A DNA stretch of 57,718 nucleotides from Patescibacteria group bacterium (GCA_013387205.1 WARV01000007.1:1-57718); one strand, 5' to 3'; positions 41,768-52,141 are shown, numbered from the stretch's first letter. The notes: generated by a model not told the origin, from the letters alone. Program-made: numbers and translations.

Positions 41768-44700
41768 ATGGCAGAAAATAACCAGACACAACAAAAGAAT
41801 ACCGAAAAGAATAACGGCGCGCCGGATTTTAACAAGCTGGAGCAGGAAATTTTAAAGTTTTGGGACGAGAGCCATATTTTCGAAAAATCTTTGGAGCAGA
41901 ATAAGGACAAAGAGCCTTACATTTTTTATGATGGCCCCCCGTTTGCCACCGGCCTTCCTCACTACGGGCATATTTTGGCATCCACGATTAAAGATGCCAT
42001 TCCGCGCTACCAAACCATGAAAGGCCATTTCGTGCGCCGCCGCTGGGGCTGGGATTGCCACGGCCTGCCCATAGAAAATATCGTTGAACAGAATTTGAAA
42101 ATTTCCGGAAAAAAGCAGATTGAAGAAGTAGGGGTGGGAAGGTTCAATAAAGTTTGCCGCGACAATGTTTTGAATTTTGCTTCCGAGTGGGGCAAGACCG
42201 TGCGCCGCATGGGCCGCTGGGTGGAATTTGATAATTCCTACAAAACCATGGACACCACTTATATGGAAAGCGTGTGGTGGGCTTTAAAGCAAACCTGGGA
42301 CAAGGGGCTTATTTACGAAGACCGCAAGGTTTTGCTTTATTGCTCGCGCTGTGAAACGCCGATTTCCAATTTTGAAGTGGCCATGGATAATTCCTATCGC
42401 GATATTACCGAAGAATCCGTTTACGCCAAATTTAAAATGCTGCCAAAGCAGCGCATTGTCAACGATTTAACCAACGACAAGACTTACGCCTTAGCCTGGA
42501 CGACTACGCCTTGGACTTTGCCGGGTAATACTTCATTGAACATCGGCCCGGATATTTCTTATGTTTTAGTCGAATCCTCCTCCGCTGAAGCTACAGAGGA
42601 CAAGCAGCCAGAGCGCTACATTCTAGCAAAGGATCGTTTATCTATTCTGGAAGGACAATATGAGATAATAGCTGAGTTTTCCGCGCGTTCTTTAGAGGGA
42701 CTTCAGTACGAACCGCTGTATCCAGGAGTTATCCCGAACCCCGAAGGCCGGGCGCATAAAATTTATCTGGCAGATTTCGTCACGACAACAGATGGTACCG
42801 GCATTGTTCACAACGCTGCCATGTACGGGGAAGAAGATTATCAGCTGGCCAAGGAAAAAGGTCTGCCCCGCATAGACATGCTCGACCACAAAGGCCAGTA
42901 TATGGACATGGCGCCGGAAAATTTGCGCGGCAAGTTTTTTAAAGATGCGGACAAAATCGTATTGGCAGAGCTAAAAGACAAAGGCTTGGTCTATAAAACC
43001 GAACATTATCTGCACTCTTACCCGCACTGCTACCGCTGCGGCACGCCGCTTTTCTATAACGCTTTGCCTGCCTGGTTTATTGACATCCAAAAAATTAAGC
43101 CGCGCTTAAGGGAATTAAACCAGCAGCAGATTGAATGGTATCCCGAACATTTAAAGATGGGCCGCTTTGACAAGAGCATGGAGAGTGCGCCGGACTGGAA
43201 CATTTCCCGCAACCGCTATTGGGCCACGCCGCTGCCGTTTTGGAAGTGCAGCGCGGCCGATTGCAAGCATACTATGTGCATCGGCTCTGTAGAAGAGCTT
43301 ATAAAAAAATCGATTAACTTCTTAGAAGTATATCCGGTCGCAGAATTAAGAATTAAGAATTTAGAATTAAGCCAGGATTCAAAATTCATAATTCAAGATT
43401 CCGATAATATTGATCTCCACAAGCCTTACATTGACCAGATTAAGCTGAGATGTGAAAAGTGCGGCTCACAAATGAACCGCGTGCCGGAAGTCGTGGATTG
43501 CTGGGTGGAATCCGCTTCCATGCCTTTTGCCGAACTGCATTACCCGTTCGAGAATAAGGAATTGTTCGAGCAAAGGAAGACCGCGGATTTCGTGGCTGAA
43601 TACATTGCCCAAACCAGGGCCTGGTTTTACGTCATGCATGTCATCTCGGCTATTGTTTTTGACCGCGCGCCGTTTAAAAACGTGGTCACTACAGGAAATA
43701 TCTTGGCCGAAGACGGCAGCAAGATGTCCAAGTCCAAAAATAATTTTCCTGATCCGTGGATATTAATTGAAAAATATGGCATAGACGCCATCCGTTTTTA
43801 TTTGCTGTCCAGCCCGGTCATGAACGCCGACGACGTCAATTTCAGCGAAAAAGGCGTGCAGGAAATAAACCGCAAGGTTAACTTGCTTTTGTACAACGTC
43901 TGGAGTTTTTACCGCATGTACGAAAAACAAGCAGTAAACATCAAGTTTGTTGACTTAAAGCTGGACAACGTTCTTGATAAGTGGGTTATATCTAAGCTGG
44001 CACAAACAGCAAAACAAGTCACGTCAGATTTGGATTCCTACAACACTGTCCGCGCAACAAGGATATTAGTTGATTTCATCAACGACTTGTCCACGTGGTA
44101 TGTCAGGCGCAGCCGCGACCGCATTAAGGAAAATAACGAATCGTCCAAAGCCGCTTTGTCGGTTTTAGGTTTCGCGCTCGCCGAAGTTTCAAAACTTTTG
44201 GCGCCCTTTATGCCGTTCTTGTCAGATTTTATTTTTAGAGATATTACTGGCAAAGAATCCGTACATTTGGAAACCTGGACAGACTGGTCGGCAATATCTG
44301 TTGATGAAAAAGCGCTGGGCGAGATGGAAGTTGTCCGCGAAGCTGTTAGTATGGGATTGGCTTTAAGGAAAAATTCTTCAATGCCCGTAAGGCAGCCTTT
44401 GCGCGCCGCGGCTTTTGCATTGAAGCAAAAAGATAACCAGCTTTCGCCGGAACTAAACCAGTTGATAATGGAAGAGTTGAACGTCAAAGAAATTGACTTT
44501 AAATTGCTCGATAAAGACACCAGGCCGGAAAAATCAGCGGTCTTGCAGGGCTTGGGTAATATCTCGAACTTTTATTTGGACTTGATCATTACTCCGGAAT
44601 TGAGAATTGAAGGATTAGCTAGGGTTATGGAAAGGCAGATTCAGGATTTGCGCAAAAAGAGCAGTTTGAAAGTCGGGGAATTGGTTGACGTCTATTACAA

Positions 44701-44860
44701 CACCCAGGATCAGGAGCTGGAAGAAATTTTAACGACCATGGTTGACCGGAAAAAAACATTCATCAGCCAAATAAGCAGGAACTTGGAAGTGGAAGTTGAT
44801 TTTGAAGTCCAAAGCGAAGTTGACGGCAGGACCCTATGGTTAGGCTTAGTGAAAATTTAG
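41768..44860 (+). CDS. ileS: Isoleucine--tRNA ligase
   Basis: HIGH (PHYGHIL), KMSKS, editing-domain TTPWTLPGN, zinc knuckles CYRCGTP and CEKCGS. Confidence 0.95.
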   Translation: MAENNQTQQKNTEKNNGAPDFNKLEQEILKFWDESHIFEKSLEQNKDKEPYIFYDGPPFATGLPHYGHILASTIKDAIPRYQTMKGHFVRRRWGWDCHGLPIENIVEQNLKISGKKQIEEVGVGRFNKVCRDNVLNFASEWGKTVRRMGRWVEFDNSYKTMDTTYMESVWWALKQTWDKGLIYEDRKVLLYCSRCETPISNFEVAMDNSYRDITEESVYAKFKMLPKQRIVNDLTNDKTYALAWTTTPWTLPGNTSLNIGPDISYVLVESSSAEATEDKQPERYILAKDRLSILEGQYEIIAEFSARSLEGLQYEPLYPGVIPNPEGRAHKIYLADFVTTTDGTGIVHNAAMYGEEDYQLAKEKGLPRIDMLDHKGQYMDMAPENLRGKFFKDADKIVLAELKDKGLVYKTEHYLHSYPHCYRCGTPLFYNALPAWFIDIQKIKPRLRELNQQQIEWYPEHLKMGRFDKSMESAPDWNISRNRYWATPLPFWKCSAADCKHTMCIGSVEELIKKSINFLEVYPVAELRIKNLELSQDSKFIIQDSDNIDLHKPYIDQIKLRCEKCGSQMNRVPEVVDCWVESASMPFAELHYPFENKELFEQRKTADFVAEYIAQTRAWFYVMHVISAIVFDRAPFKNVVTTGNILAEDGSKMSKSKNNFPDPWILIEKYGIDAIRFYLLSSPVMNADDVNFSEKGVQEINRKVNLLLYNVWSFYRMYEKQAVNIKFVDLKLDNVLDKWVISKLAQTAKQVTSDLDSYNTVRATRILVDFINDLSTWYVRRSRDRIKENNESSKAALSVLGFALAEVSKLLAPFMPFLSDFIFRDITGKESVHLETWTDWSAISVDEKALGEMEVVREAVSMGLALRKNSSMPVRQPLRAAAFALKQKDNQLSPELNQLIMEELNVKEIDFKLLDKDTRPEKSAVLQGLGNISNFYLDLIITPELRIEGLARVMERQIQDLRKKSSLKVGELVDVYYNTQDQELEEILTTMVDRKKTFISQISRNLEVEVDFEVQSEVDGRTLWLGLVKI

Positions 44861-44966
44861 CAAATATTATTCACAAATAGGTTTGAGGAATTTCTAATTA
44901 TTCTAATTAATCTAATTTCCGCCAGCTGGCGGACTAAACAATTCCCAAATCCCAATTCCTAATACT

Positions 44967-45074
44967 AACTCCCTCTGTCTCCCTCTTTAGAAAAGAGGGA
45001 GAACATGCTAAGCTAGATTATAGCCTTGCTTTGTTGGTTCCTTCTCTTTTCTAAAGAGAAGGACAGGATGAGTT
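44967..45074. repeat. MITE-like element (AACTCCCTCTGTCTCCCTCTTTAGA...GACAGGATGAGTT), copy 2
   Basis: Same orientation and same ends as 38383-38507, with a different central segment. CCGCCAGCTGGCGG lies at 44919-44932. Confidence 0.8.
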
Positions 45075-45143
45075 AATAATAATTAGTACAATTAGGTCAA
45101 TTAGGAATTTTCTAGCCACAAGGCATAATTAATATACGGATTT

Positions 45144-45884
45144 ATGGCTAGAGAGAATAATTACTTAGCGATAATTCTCAAGAAGCAGCCCTTTGGCGAA
45201 GGGGATGAGATTTTGACATTGTTTACCAAAGAAGCCGGTAAAATTCGGGGACTGGCTAAATCCACCAAACTGCCGAAAAGCAAGCTGCAGTATGCCTTGC
45301 AGGCTTTGTTTTTGTCCAAAATCACCACGACCAAATCTTCCGCACTGCCAAAAATTATCAGGGCGGAAACAGTAAAAACTTTTTCCCATATCAGGGAAAG
45401 CTTGCTAGCAGCTAAAATCGCTTTTTATGCTATTGAACTGCTGATAAAATTTACTGCCGACGAGCATAAAAACGAGCAGCTATATAATTTATCTGAAAGT
45501 TTTTTTGGCTTTTTAGACTCAAATTCCGCAAACGAACGTCTTTTGCAATTGGGCCTGGCCAAGTATAAGTCCGATTTTTTGGATTGCTTGGGCTTAGGCA
45601 TCCACTTTGAAATTCCGGGTGATGACATTATTAATATCGGCTTCAGCAACTCTCGGGGCGGGTTTTTATTTGAAGAAAGCGCGGCAGATTATAAGCATGT
45701 GGATCTTAAAACTTTCGAAGTTTTTGCGATTTTAAAAAAGGCAGCCTTTAGCGAATTGCCAAATGTCTTCAATAATTATCAAGACTTAGTAAAAAATGCT
45801 GATGAATTGCAGGAATTACTGTCCAGTTTCATCAGGTACCAGTTGGAAAGGGATGTCAGGTCAGAACAATTCCTAAGCGAGTGA
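45144..45884 (+). CDS. recO: DNA repair protein RecO
   Basis: N-terminal OB-fold signature YLAIILKKQPFGEGDEILTLFTKEAGKIRGLAKS and a length of 246 aa. Confidence 0.8.
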   Translation: MARENNYLAIILKKQPFGEGDEILTLFTKEAGKIRGLAKSTKLPKSKLQYALQALFLSKITTTKSSALPKIIRAETVKTFSHIRESLLAAKIAFYAIELLIKFTADEHKNEQLYNLSESFFGFLDSNSANERLLQLGLAKYKSDFLDCLGLGIHFEIPGDDIINIGFSNSRGGFLFEESAADYKHVDLKTFEVFAILKKAAFSELPNVFNNYQDLVKNADELQELLSSFIRYQLERDVRSEQFLSE

Positions 45885-45999
45885 ATTGTGGTATAATAAT
45901 GTTATCCACGAACACACTAATCATCACTAATATCACTAAGATGGTATTTAGTGTGATTCGTGTAAATTCGTGAATTAGTGGACAAGTAATTTATTTCTT

Positions 46000-47868
46000 A
46001 TGGAAAACCAAAATATGGAGCCAGGGAACTTAGATAATAACGAACCAGGCTTTACCAAAAAACAAATTGACCAGCCGATTCTAAATTCCGAACTTCGGGA
46101 CCAGCTGTCGCAGGAAGAACCAGCGGCAGAAAAAGTTTCTGCCGGTTTCAGCCTTAGCCAGTTTTATAAAGCCAATAAGTTTTACGCCTGGGCCATTGTT
46201 GTCGGCCTGGCAATTATCGCTATTTTGTCTTTTTTTGCGTTCAGGAAACAGCCGCAGCCAAAACCGACTGAAGCCAACGTTAAAGTCAGTATTGACGCGC
46301 CCCAGACCATAGCCAGCGGCGGCGACGTGGTTTACAGGATTAAAGTAGAAAACAACGACAGTCAAAAACTGGTCAATACCCAATTGGAACTGGTTTACCC
46401 GGATGGCGTGTCTTATATCAGTAGCGTACCCAAAGCGGAAAACCTTTCCGGCAGCTTATTTAGCCTTAAAGATTTAATTCCAGGGCAAAACGTGGTGATA
46501 ATCGTCAAGGCCAAAGCCACAGGCCAGATTAACGATTCAAAAAAGCTTGCCGCCAAACTGACTTACAGTCTCAGTAATTTTAATTCCACGTTTGCCAAGC
46601 AGGAAGAATATACCATAAGATTGGTGGCTTCCGATGTTTTGCTGGAATTGTCAGGCCCGACCCAGACCAATAATTCCCAGCTGATAATCTATAACTTGAA
46701 GTACCAGAATAATTCCAGCGATGACATAAAAAACGCGCGCATTAAAGTTTCTTATCCGGAAGGGTTCTCATACGCTTCGGCAGAGCCGCAACCGGACCAG
46801 GATAATAACACCTGGAATATAAGTTCGCTGGCCAAAGGCGGAGAGGGTAATATCCAGATCCAGGGAAGCTTTAAATCGGCAAGTCCGGGAGAATCCAAAA
46901 CCGCTACCGCGCAGTTTCTGGTGCTGGGGCAAACGGGGGAATATTTCACCCAAAGCATGTCTAGTTTTACCACGGCCATATCCAGCTTGCCGCTTTTGGT
47001 CACCCAGGAACTGGATAATAACAACACTTCCGGCGTGGTCAATCCTGGCGACAGCCTTACTTTTAAGGTTAAATACCAGAATAATACTGCCACAGCCGCA
47101 ACCGGCGTGAATATCTTGGCTACCATAGATTCCAAAGCGGTTGATCTTTCTTCCATCCAGGCAGACGGCGGGCAGGTGAATAACAACACCATATTATGGA
47201 ACGCTTCTTCGGTCAGCAAGTTGGAAAGCCTTTTGCCTAACGAGTCAGGGGAATTAAGTTTTACTTTGCAGCTGAAAAATCCCGCCACGCGCGATTCTTC
47301 CAAAAATTTGGCTGTAGTTTCCAGCATCAAAATAAAGTCCAACGAGTTTGATACTTATTTTCCGGGCAATGAGCTGTCTTTGAAAGTTTCCAGTCCGCTG
47401 TCGATTGCGGATGGAGTTATTTTTTCAAGCGGCAGTCTGCCGCCGCAGGTAGGCAAGCCAACGCAGTACAAAGTTGTTATCTCTTTAACTAATTCTACCA
47501 ACGATTACAGCGATGGCGTTTTGACAGCGTTTATCCCTTTGGGTGCAGGCGGATTCGTGGATAAAAGCTTTAATATGGCGGAGAGCTCTAAAGCGGAATA
47601 TGATTTTTCAACCGGGAAACTGACCTGGAACTTTGGTAGCCTCGCGGCGCACACCGGCAAATTCAGCCAGAGCCGGGCCCTGGAATTTAGCGTTAGGCTG
47701 AACCCTTCTTTGCCCCAGGTCGGGCAGTCGCCGGCTTTGGTTAAGGATATCAAGCTTTCAGCTAAGGATGTTTTTACCAAGCAAACAGTTGAGCAGTCAG
47801 CCGATAACTTGTCTACGTCCGATCTGCCGGGAGACCAGGGCTATAGCCAGGGGCAGGTGATTAGATAA
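46000..47868 (+). CDS. Membrane-anchored surface protein with DUF11/CARDB-like beta-sandwich repeats
   Basis: TM WAIVVGLAIIAILSFFAF. Repeats include VVYRIKVENNDSQKLVNTQLELVYPDGVSYIS, IIYNLKYQNNSSDDIKNARIKVSYPEGFSYAS and LTFKVKYQNNTATAATGVNILATID. Confidence 0.65.
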   Translation: MENQNMEPGNLDNNEPGFTKKQIDQPILNSELRDQLSQEEPAAEKVSAGFSLSQFYKANKFYAWAIVVGLAIIAILSFFAFRKQPQPKPTEANVKVSIDAPQTIASGGDVVYRIKVENNDSQKLVNTQLELVYPDGVSYISSVPKAENLSGSLFSLKDLIPGQNVVIIVKAKATGQINDSKKLAAKLTYSLSNFNSTFAKQEEYTIRLVASDVLLELSGPTQTNNSQLIIYNLKYQNNSSDDIKNARIKVSYPEGFSYASAEPQPDQDNNTWNISSLAKGGEGNIQIQGSFKSASPGESKTATAQFLVLGQTGEYFTQSMSSFTTAISSLPLLVTQELDNNNTSGVVNPGDSLTFKVKYQNNTATAATGVNILATIDSKAVDLSSIQADGGQVNNNTILWNASSVSKLESLLPNESGELSFTLQLKNPATRDSSKNLAVVSSIKIKSNEFDTYFPGNELSLKVSSPLSIADGVIFSSGSLPPQVGKPTQYKVVISLTNSTNDYSDGVLTAFIPLGAGGFVDKSFNMAESSKAEYDFSTGKLTWNFGSLAAHTGKFSQSRALEFSVRLNPSLPQVGQSPALVKDIKLSAKDVFTKQTVEQSADNLSTSDLPGDQGYSQGQVIR

Positions 47869-48108
47869 GAATTAAGAATCTAGAATATAGAATCTAGTAG
47901 TAATTAACAAGGGGTATCCTTGATCTAATCAAGGATACCCCTTGTATTATCTGATGAATGGCTCAACCGTAGGTTGAGCCATTTAAAATACCAATAAATA
48001 TTGATGTTTCTTGTACTAGCGTACTAGTACAGTGATATGCGTAACAGAAAGATAAACCCTATCCTTCGCGAAGGATAGGGCCCTATATTCTATCTTCTAT
48101 ATTCTAAT
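47867..48108. repeat. Nested palindromic intergenic superstructure between convergent genes
   Basis: Outer AT-rich arms aagaattaagaatctagaatatagaatctag / ctatattctatcttctatattctaatt. Inner perfect hairpins at 47908-47944 (caaggggtatccttgat..), 47957-47983 (CTCAACCGTAGGTTGAG family) and 48057-48080 (ccctatccttcg|cgaaggataggg). Confidence 0.75.
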
Positions 48109-48110
48109 TA

Positions 48111-49367
48111 TTAGTGGTAAATAAATCCGCGGACTGTCCTGTTATCAGTGCTTATCCAGCGCTGGCTGATTATGCCTTTGCCTTTATAGTTCATTTCCGA
48201 AATCAGGAACCTGTCGTCTTCCACTTTTTCAACCAAAGCGACGTGCCCATATTTGCGGTTGTCATTCGTCACTACAATTGCGCCAACAGCCGGCTCGCTG
48301 GAAATAACCGCGCCAAAGCTTTTAGCATTAGCCAGCCAGTTCTTAGCATTGCCGCCCCATGGCACATGGACTCTGGTCGCGACATACCAGGTGCAGTAGC
48401 CCCACGGGAAAATATGGCCGGTGCCGTCGTAGTGGTAAGTCGGTTCAGTGGTTCCCGGTTTTCCTGCTTTAGCTTTTGGCTTTACAGGCTTGGGCGTTGG
48501 GGGAGCCGGCATTGTGCCGCCAGGCACAATTAACAATTGGCCCGGCTCTATATCTTCTTCGCTTTCCAGCATGTTATAGCTCATTATCTTGGCAATGTCA
48601 GCTGAGTATTTCTTTGCCACGTCTGGCAACGTGTCATTGCTGGAAGCTTTATGGAGCACTCCGTCAACCGGCAAAATAACCAACTGCCAGCCTGGCTTAA
48701 TCTGTTCGCTGGTGAGCTTGTTTGCCCACATGATGGTCTTTGTGGAAATGCCGTTTGCAGCAGCAATGGATTTTAAGGTATCGCCCGGCTTGGTTTCGTA
48801 GATTTTGATTTGCTTATCAAGCAAGCTCTGGATGCTGTCGGGGCTGGGTTTAACCAGGGCTCCGTCGCTGATCACGTAATTCTGGCTGTCTTCTTCGGCG
48901 GCGTTGATATTTTGCGTGTCCAGGCCGGCAAAATCTTCGGCTTGGGCTTGGGCAAAGATAAAGTTCCCGTCAGCAACTGTCGTTATGATGCTGGTGTTTT
49001 TAGCGTAAAGCTTTTCGTTCAGTCCGGGATGGTAACTCAAGAATTTGGCTGCCAAGCTGCCGTCGCTATAGGATTTTACCTGGTTTCCGGAAAAGAAATA
49101 AAAATTGAGCAAGGCGGTTATAATGGCAATAGATAAAACCAGAAGTTCGCTGGAAAACTTCAAAGAATAATCATACCCATCCATAGCTTTAAAATGGATG
49201 GCCGGAAATGCGTTTAAATGCACCTTCTTCAATTGCGGTGCCCTGGCCCTGAGCTTAAAGAAAAACTTTTTTGTATAATATTGTGCGATAAAGGCAATCT
49301 TTGCGGCAATAGCCTTGATTTTAGATTGCCAGAATTTAATCGTTTTAATATTTGCTCCCTTACCCAA
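48111..49367 (-). CDS. Peptidoglycan hydrolase: TM anchor + 2 LysM + C-terminal CHAP domain
   Basis: LysM: YETKPGDTLKSIAAANGISTKTIMWANKL and HKASSNDTLPDVAKKYSADIAKIMSYN. CHAP: GYCTWYVATR..GHVALVEKV. The start is uncertain: the ORF opens with TTG at 49367, and the first ATG is 49184, just before the TM. Confidence 0.8.
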   Translation of the reverse strand: MGKGANIKTIKFWQSKIKAIAAKIAFIAQYYTKKFFFKLRARAPQLKKVHLNAFPAIHFKAMDGYDYSLKFSSELLVLSIAIITALLNFYFFSGNQVKSYSDGSLAAKFLSYHPGLNEKLYAKNTSIITTVADGNFIFAQAQAEDFAGLDTQNINAAEEDSQNYVISDGALVKPSPDSIQSLLDKQIKIYETKPGDTLKSIAAANGISTKTIMWANKLTSEQIKPGWQLVILPVDGVLHKASSNDTLPDVAKKYSADIAKIMSYNMLESEEDIEPGQLLIVPGGTMPAPPTPKPVKPKAKAGKPGTTEPTYHYDGTGHIFPWGYCTWYVATRVHVPWGGNAKNWLANAKSFGAVISSEPAVGAIVVTNDNRKYGHVALVEKVEDDRFLISEMNYKGKGIISQRWISTDNRTVRGFIYH

Positions 49368-49978
49368 GTAAGCTATAACCGTTACATGTGAGCTTTGGGG
49401 GTGGTAACCTATGGCAGTTTTTAAAAATCGTAATAAATCCAGGCACTATTTTTAATCGGCTCGGAGTTATAAATAGCCAATCTTTGTTATTTTACCCTGA
49501 TTTTATCTGAAAGCTTTGTCAGGTAAAAAATAGTGCTTGGATAAAAAAACTCAAAGGATGGGCGAACAAAAAATACCCTACAAAATAAGCCCAAACTTTA
49601 AGCTTGAAATTACCATAGATTATTAATAGTCTCCCTTTGCCTTGTTAAACCCTAATTTTTTGGTTTTTAACAAGCACGGAATTTATTTATCTTATTGTAG
49701 TTTACAAGCCTTAAGGGTATATAGCAAGACTTTAATCCACAATTGCTGATTTTATCCTTATTTTAAGGGAAAAATTGTAAATTATGGCTTTATAAAGCCA
49801 GATTTAACTAAATATCAAATTCCAAATAACAAATGTCAAACAATGCCTAAAATTACCAACATTCAATGATCAAAAGCTGCAATTGTTGGAAATTAGGTAT
49901 TAGGATTTATTTGGAACTTGTGATTTGATATTTGAAATTTTTACCTATGTTATAATTACTTGTGCAAACGTTATTTCT

Positions 49979-52141
49979 ATGGACCTATCTACTTTGAACG
50001 ACATGCAAAGACTGGCTGTTACAGCCCCCTTGGGGCCGGTTTTGGTTTTGGCCGGGGCAGGCAGCGGCAAAACCCGGGCTTTGGCCTACCGCATTGCCTA
50101 TTTGTGCGACAAGGGTTTTATTAAGCCAGACCATATTTTGGCTTTGACTTTTACCAACAAGGCGGCCAAGGAAATGCAGGACAGGGTCAAGAAAATCCTT
50201 GCGGGAAAACCCTGCTCGGTTCCATATATGGGAACTTTTCATTCTATCTGTGCCAGGATTTTAAGGCAGGAAATTCAATCCTTGGGATATACCAGAAGTT
50301 TTACTATATATGATACTGACGACCAGGGTAAAATCATCAGGGAAATAATTCAGGACCTCCATATTGATAAGCGCTGGAGCCCTTCGTTTTTTAAGGCCAT
50401 GATTTCCAAAGCCAAAAACGTTTTACAGGCTCCGAGCGAGCTTAATACCGGCCTTGATGCCGATTTGCATAATTTGGTCCAGGAAGTTTATGTCAGGTAC
50501 CAGGATTACCTGGTCAGGCAGAATGCCGTTGATTTCGACGACTTGCTGATGCTGACAGTCAAGATTTTCCAAAATTTTCCGCGTGTATTGGAAAAATACC
50601 GCCAGATGTTCAAATATATTTTGGTGGATGAATACCAGGATACCAACCACGCGCAATATGTCTTTTTGTTTTTATTGGCCGAACAAACCCATAATTTGTT
50701 TGTAGTCGGCGATGACGCGCAAAGCATTTACGGCTTTAGGGGCAGTAATATCCGCAATATTTTGAATTTTGAGCAGGATTTTCCGGAAAGCAAAGTCATC
50801 AAGCTCGAGCAGAATTACCGCTCCACCAAAAATATTTTAGCTGCGGCGCAAAAAGTCATTGAGCTGAACGCGGAGCAGAAACCCAAAACTTTGTGGACGG
50901 AAAACGAAGCCGGGCAAAAAATTAATGTAGAAGAGCTGGAAGACGAAACTTTAGAAGCGGAGTTCGTGGCCAAAAAAATTATCAACCTGGCAACCGGGAC
51001 AAAGGAAGAGGAAATAAATTACGAGCCCGAAGACGAGCTTGGAGGTTTTTCCATCTTGGACCATTTTTTGAGAAAAGCCAAAAGGAATTCGTTTGGCGGG
51101 AAGCAGCCCAAGATCAGCGCTTTTTTGCCGCAGCTGCCCAAAGACCACGGCCCGCTTGCCCAGTTTGCGGTTTTGTTCCGCACCCACTCGCAGTCCAGGG
51201 CTTTGGAAGAAGTGTTCATTGAAAGCGGTATCCCGTACCAGATTGTCGGCGGCGTAAAATTTTACGAGCGCAAGGAAATTAAGGACATGTTGGCGTATTT
51301 GCGTTTGACTTCGAATTATCGCGACCTGGTCAGCTTAAAACGCGTGATAAACGAGCCGTCCCGCGGGATAGGCGACAAGACATTTTCCATTATCCGCGAT
51401 TTGGCGATGAAGGAAAGCTTGGCTAAAGAAAGCGGGCAGGAAAATGCTTTGGGTTTGCAGAATTTCCGCGTAAAACTTTCGGAGGTGAAATTTGGTCCCA
51501 AGATTGGCAATGCAGTGGATAGCTTTTTCGATCTGCTCGACAGGTTTTCATCTTTAGATCCGGAAGAGGATTTGACCAGCCTGCTGAGGTTAATCGTTAA
51601 GCGCACGAATTTTGAGCAGTGGCTGAGGGACGGGACGGAAACGGGCGAAGCCAGATGGGAGAACGTGGAAGAATTGTTCAATGTCACGGAAAAATACAAA
51701 GGCATGCCCTGGCAGGACGCTTTGGTCAAGTTTTTGGAAGAGGTGGCGCTGATTACGGAAATTGACGAAATGAACGAAAGCAAGGACGCGGTTACGCTTA
51801 TGACTCTGCACTCGGCCAAGGGTTTGGAATTCGACAATGTGTTTCTGGTCGGGCTTGAAGAGGGGGTTTTGCCGCATTCCCGGAGCCTGCTTGACCCAAG
51901 CGAGCTTTCCGAAGAAGTCAGGCTGGCTTATGTGGGCCTGACTCGTGCCAGGCGCAATCTGTTTTTGACTTACGCCAAGCGGAGGAGGTCTTTTGGCAGC
52001 TTCCAGTACAACCAGCCTTCCAGGATCTTGCGGGCTTTGCCCAAAGATAAAATTAAATACCGCGGCCGCGCATTAAATGAGTCGTATTATCATGATGATG
52101 ATAGTAGCGGGGGTAATGAGTATGAAGAATTAGACTTCTAA
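49979..52141 (+). CDS. pcrA: ATP-dependent DNA helicase PcrA/UvrD family
   Basis: AGAGSGKT, TFTNKAA, VDEYQDTN, QNYRST, TLHSAKGLEF, YVGLTRA. ATG 49979 lies downstream of TGTTATAAT (49948-49956). Confidence 0.9.
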   Translation: MDLSTLNDMQRLAVTAPLGPVLVLAGAGSGKTRALAYRIAYLCDKGFIKPDHILALTFTNKAAKEMQDRVKKILAGKPCSVPYMGTFHSICARILRQEIQSLGYTRSFTIYDTDDQGKIIREIIQDLHIDKRWSPSFFKAMISKAKNVLQAPSELNTGLDADLHNLVQEVYVRYQDYLVRQNAVDFDDLLMLTVKIFQNFPRVLEKYRQMFKYILVDEYQDTNHAQYVFLFLLAEQTHNLFVVGDDAQSIYGFRGSNIRNILNFEQDFPESKVIKLEQNYRSTKNILAAAQKVIELNAEQKPKTLWTENEAGQKINVEELEDETLEAEFVAKKIINLATGTKEEEINYEPEDELGGFSILDHFLRKAKRNSFGGKQPKISAFLPQLPKDHGPLAQFAVLFRTHSQSRALEEVFIESGIPYQIVGGVKFYERKEIKDMLAYLRLTSNYRDLVSLKRVINEPSRGIGDKTFSIIRDLAMKESLAKESGQENALGLQNFRVKLSEVKFGPKIGNAVDSFFDLLDRFSSLDPEEDLTSLLRLIVKRTNFEQWLRDGTETGEARWENVEELFNVTEKYKGMPWQDALVKFLEEVALITEIDEMNESKDAVTLMTLHSAKGLEFDNVFLVGLEEGVLPHSRSLLDPSELSEEVRLAYVGLTRARRNLFLTYAKRRRSFGSFQYNQPSRILRALPKDKIKYRGRALNESYYHDDDSSGGNEYEELDF

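Noticed and set aside
49368-49600. c-di-AMP (ydaO-type) riboswitch in the leader of the LysM-CHAP hydrolase gene.
   Set aside because: I looked on the minus strand for the GGGGACCCA / CCGAACCC.. type conserved blocks and found none.
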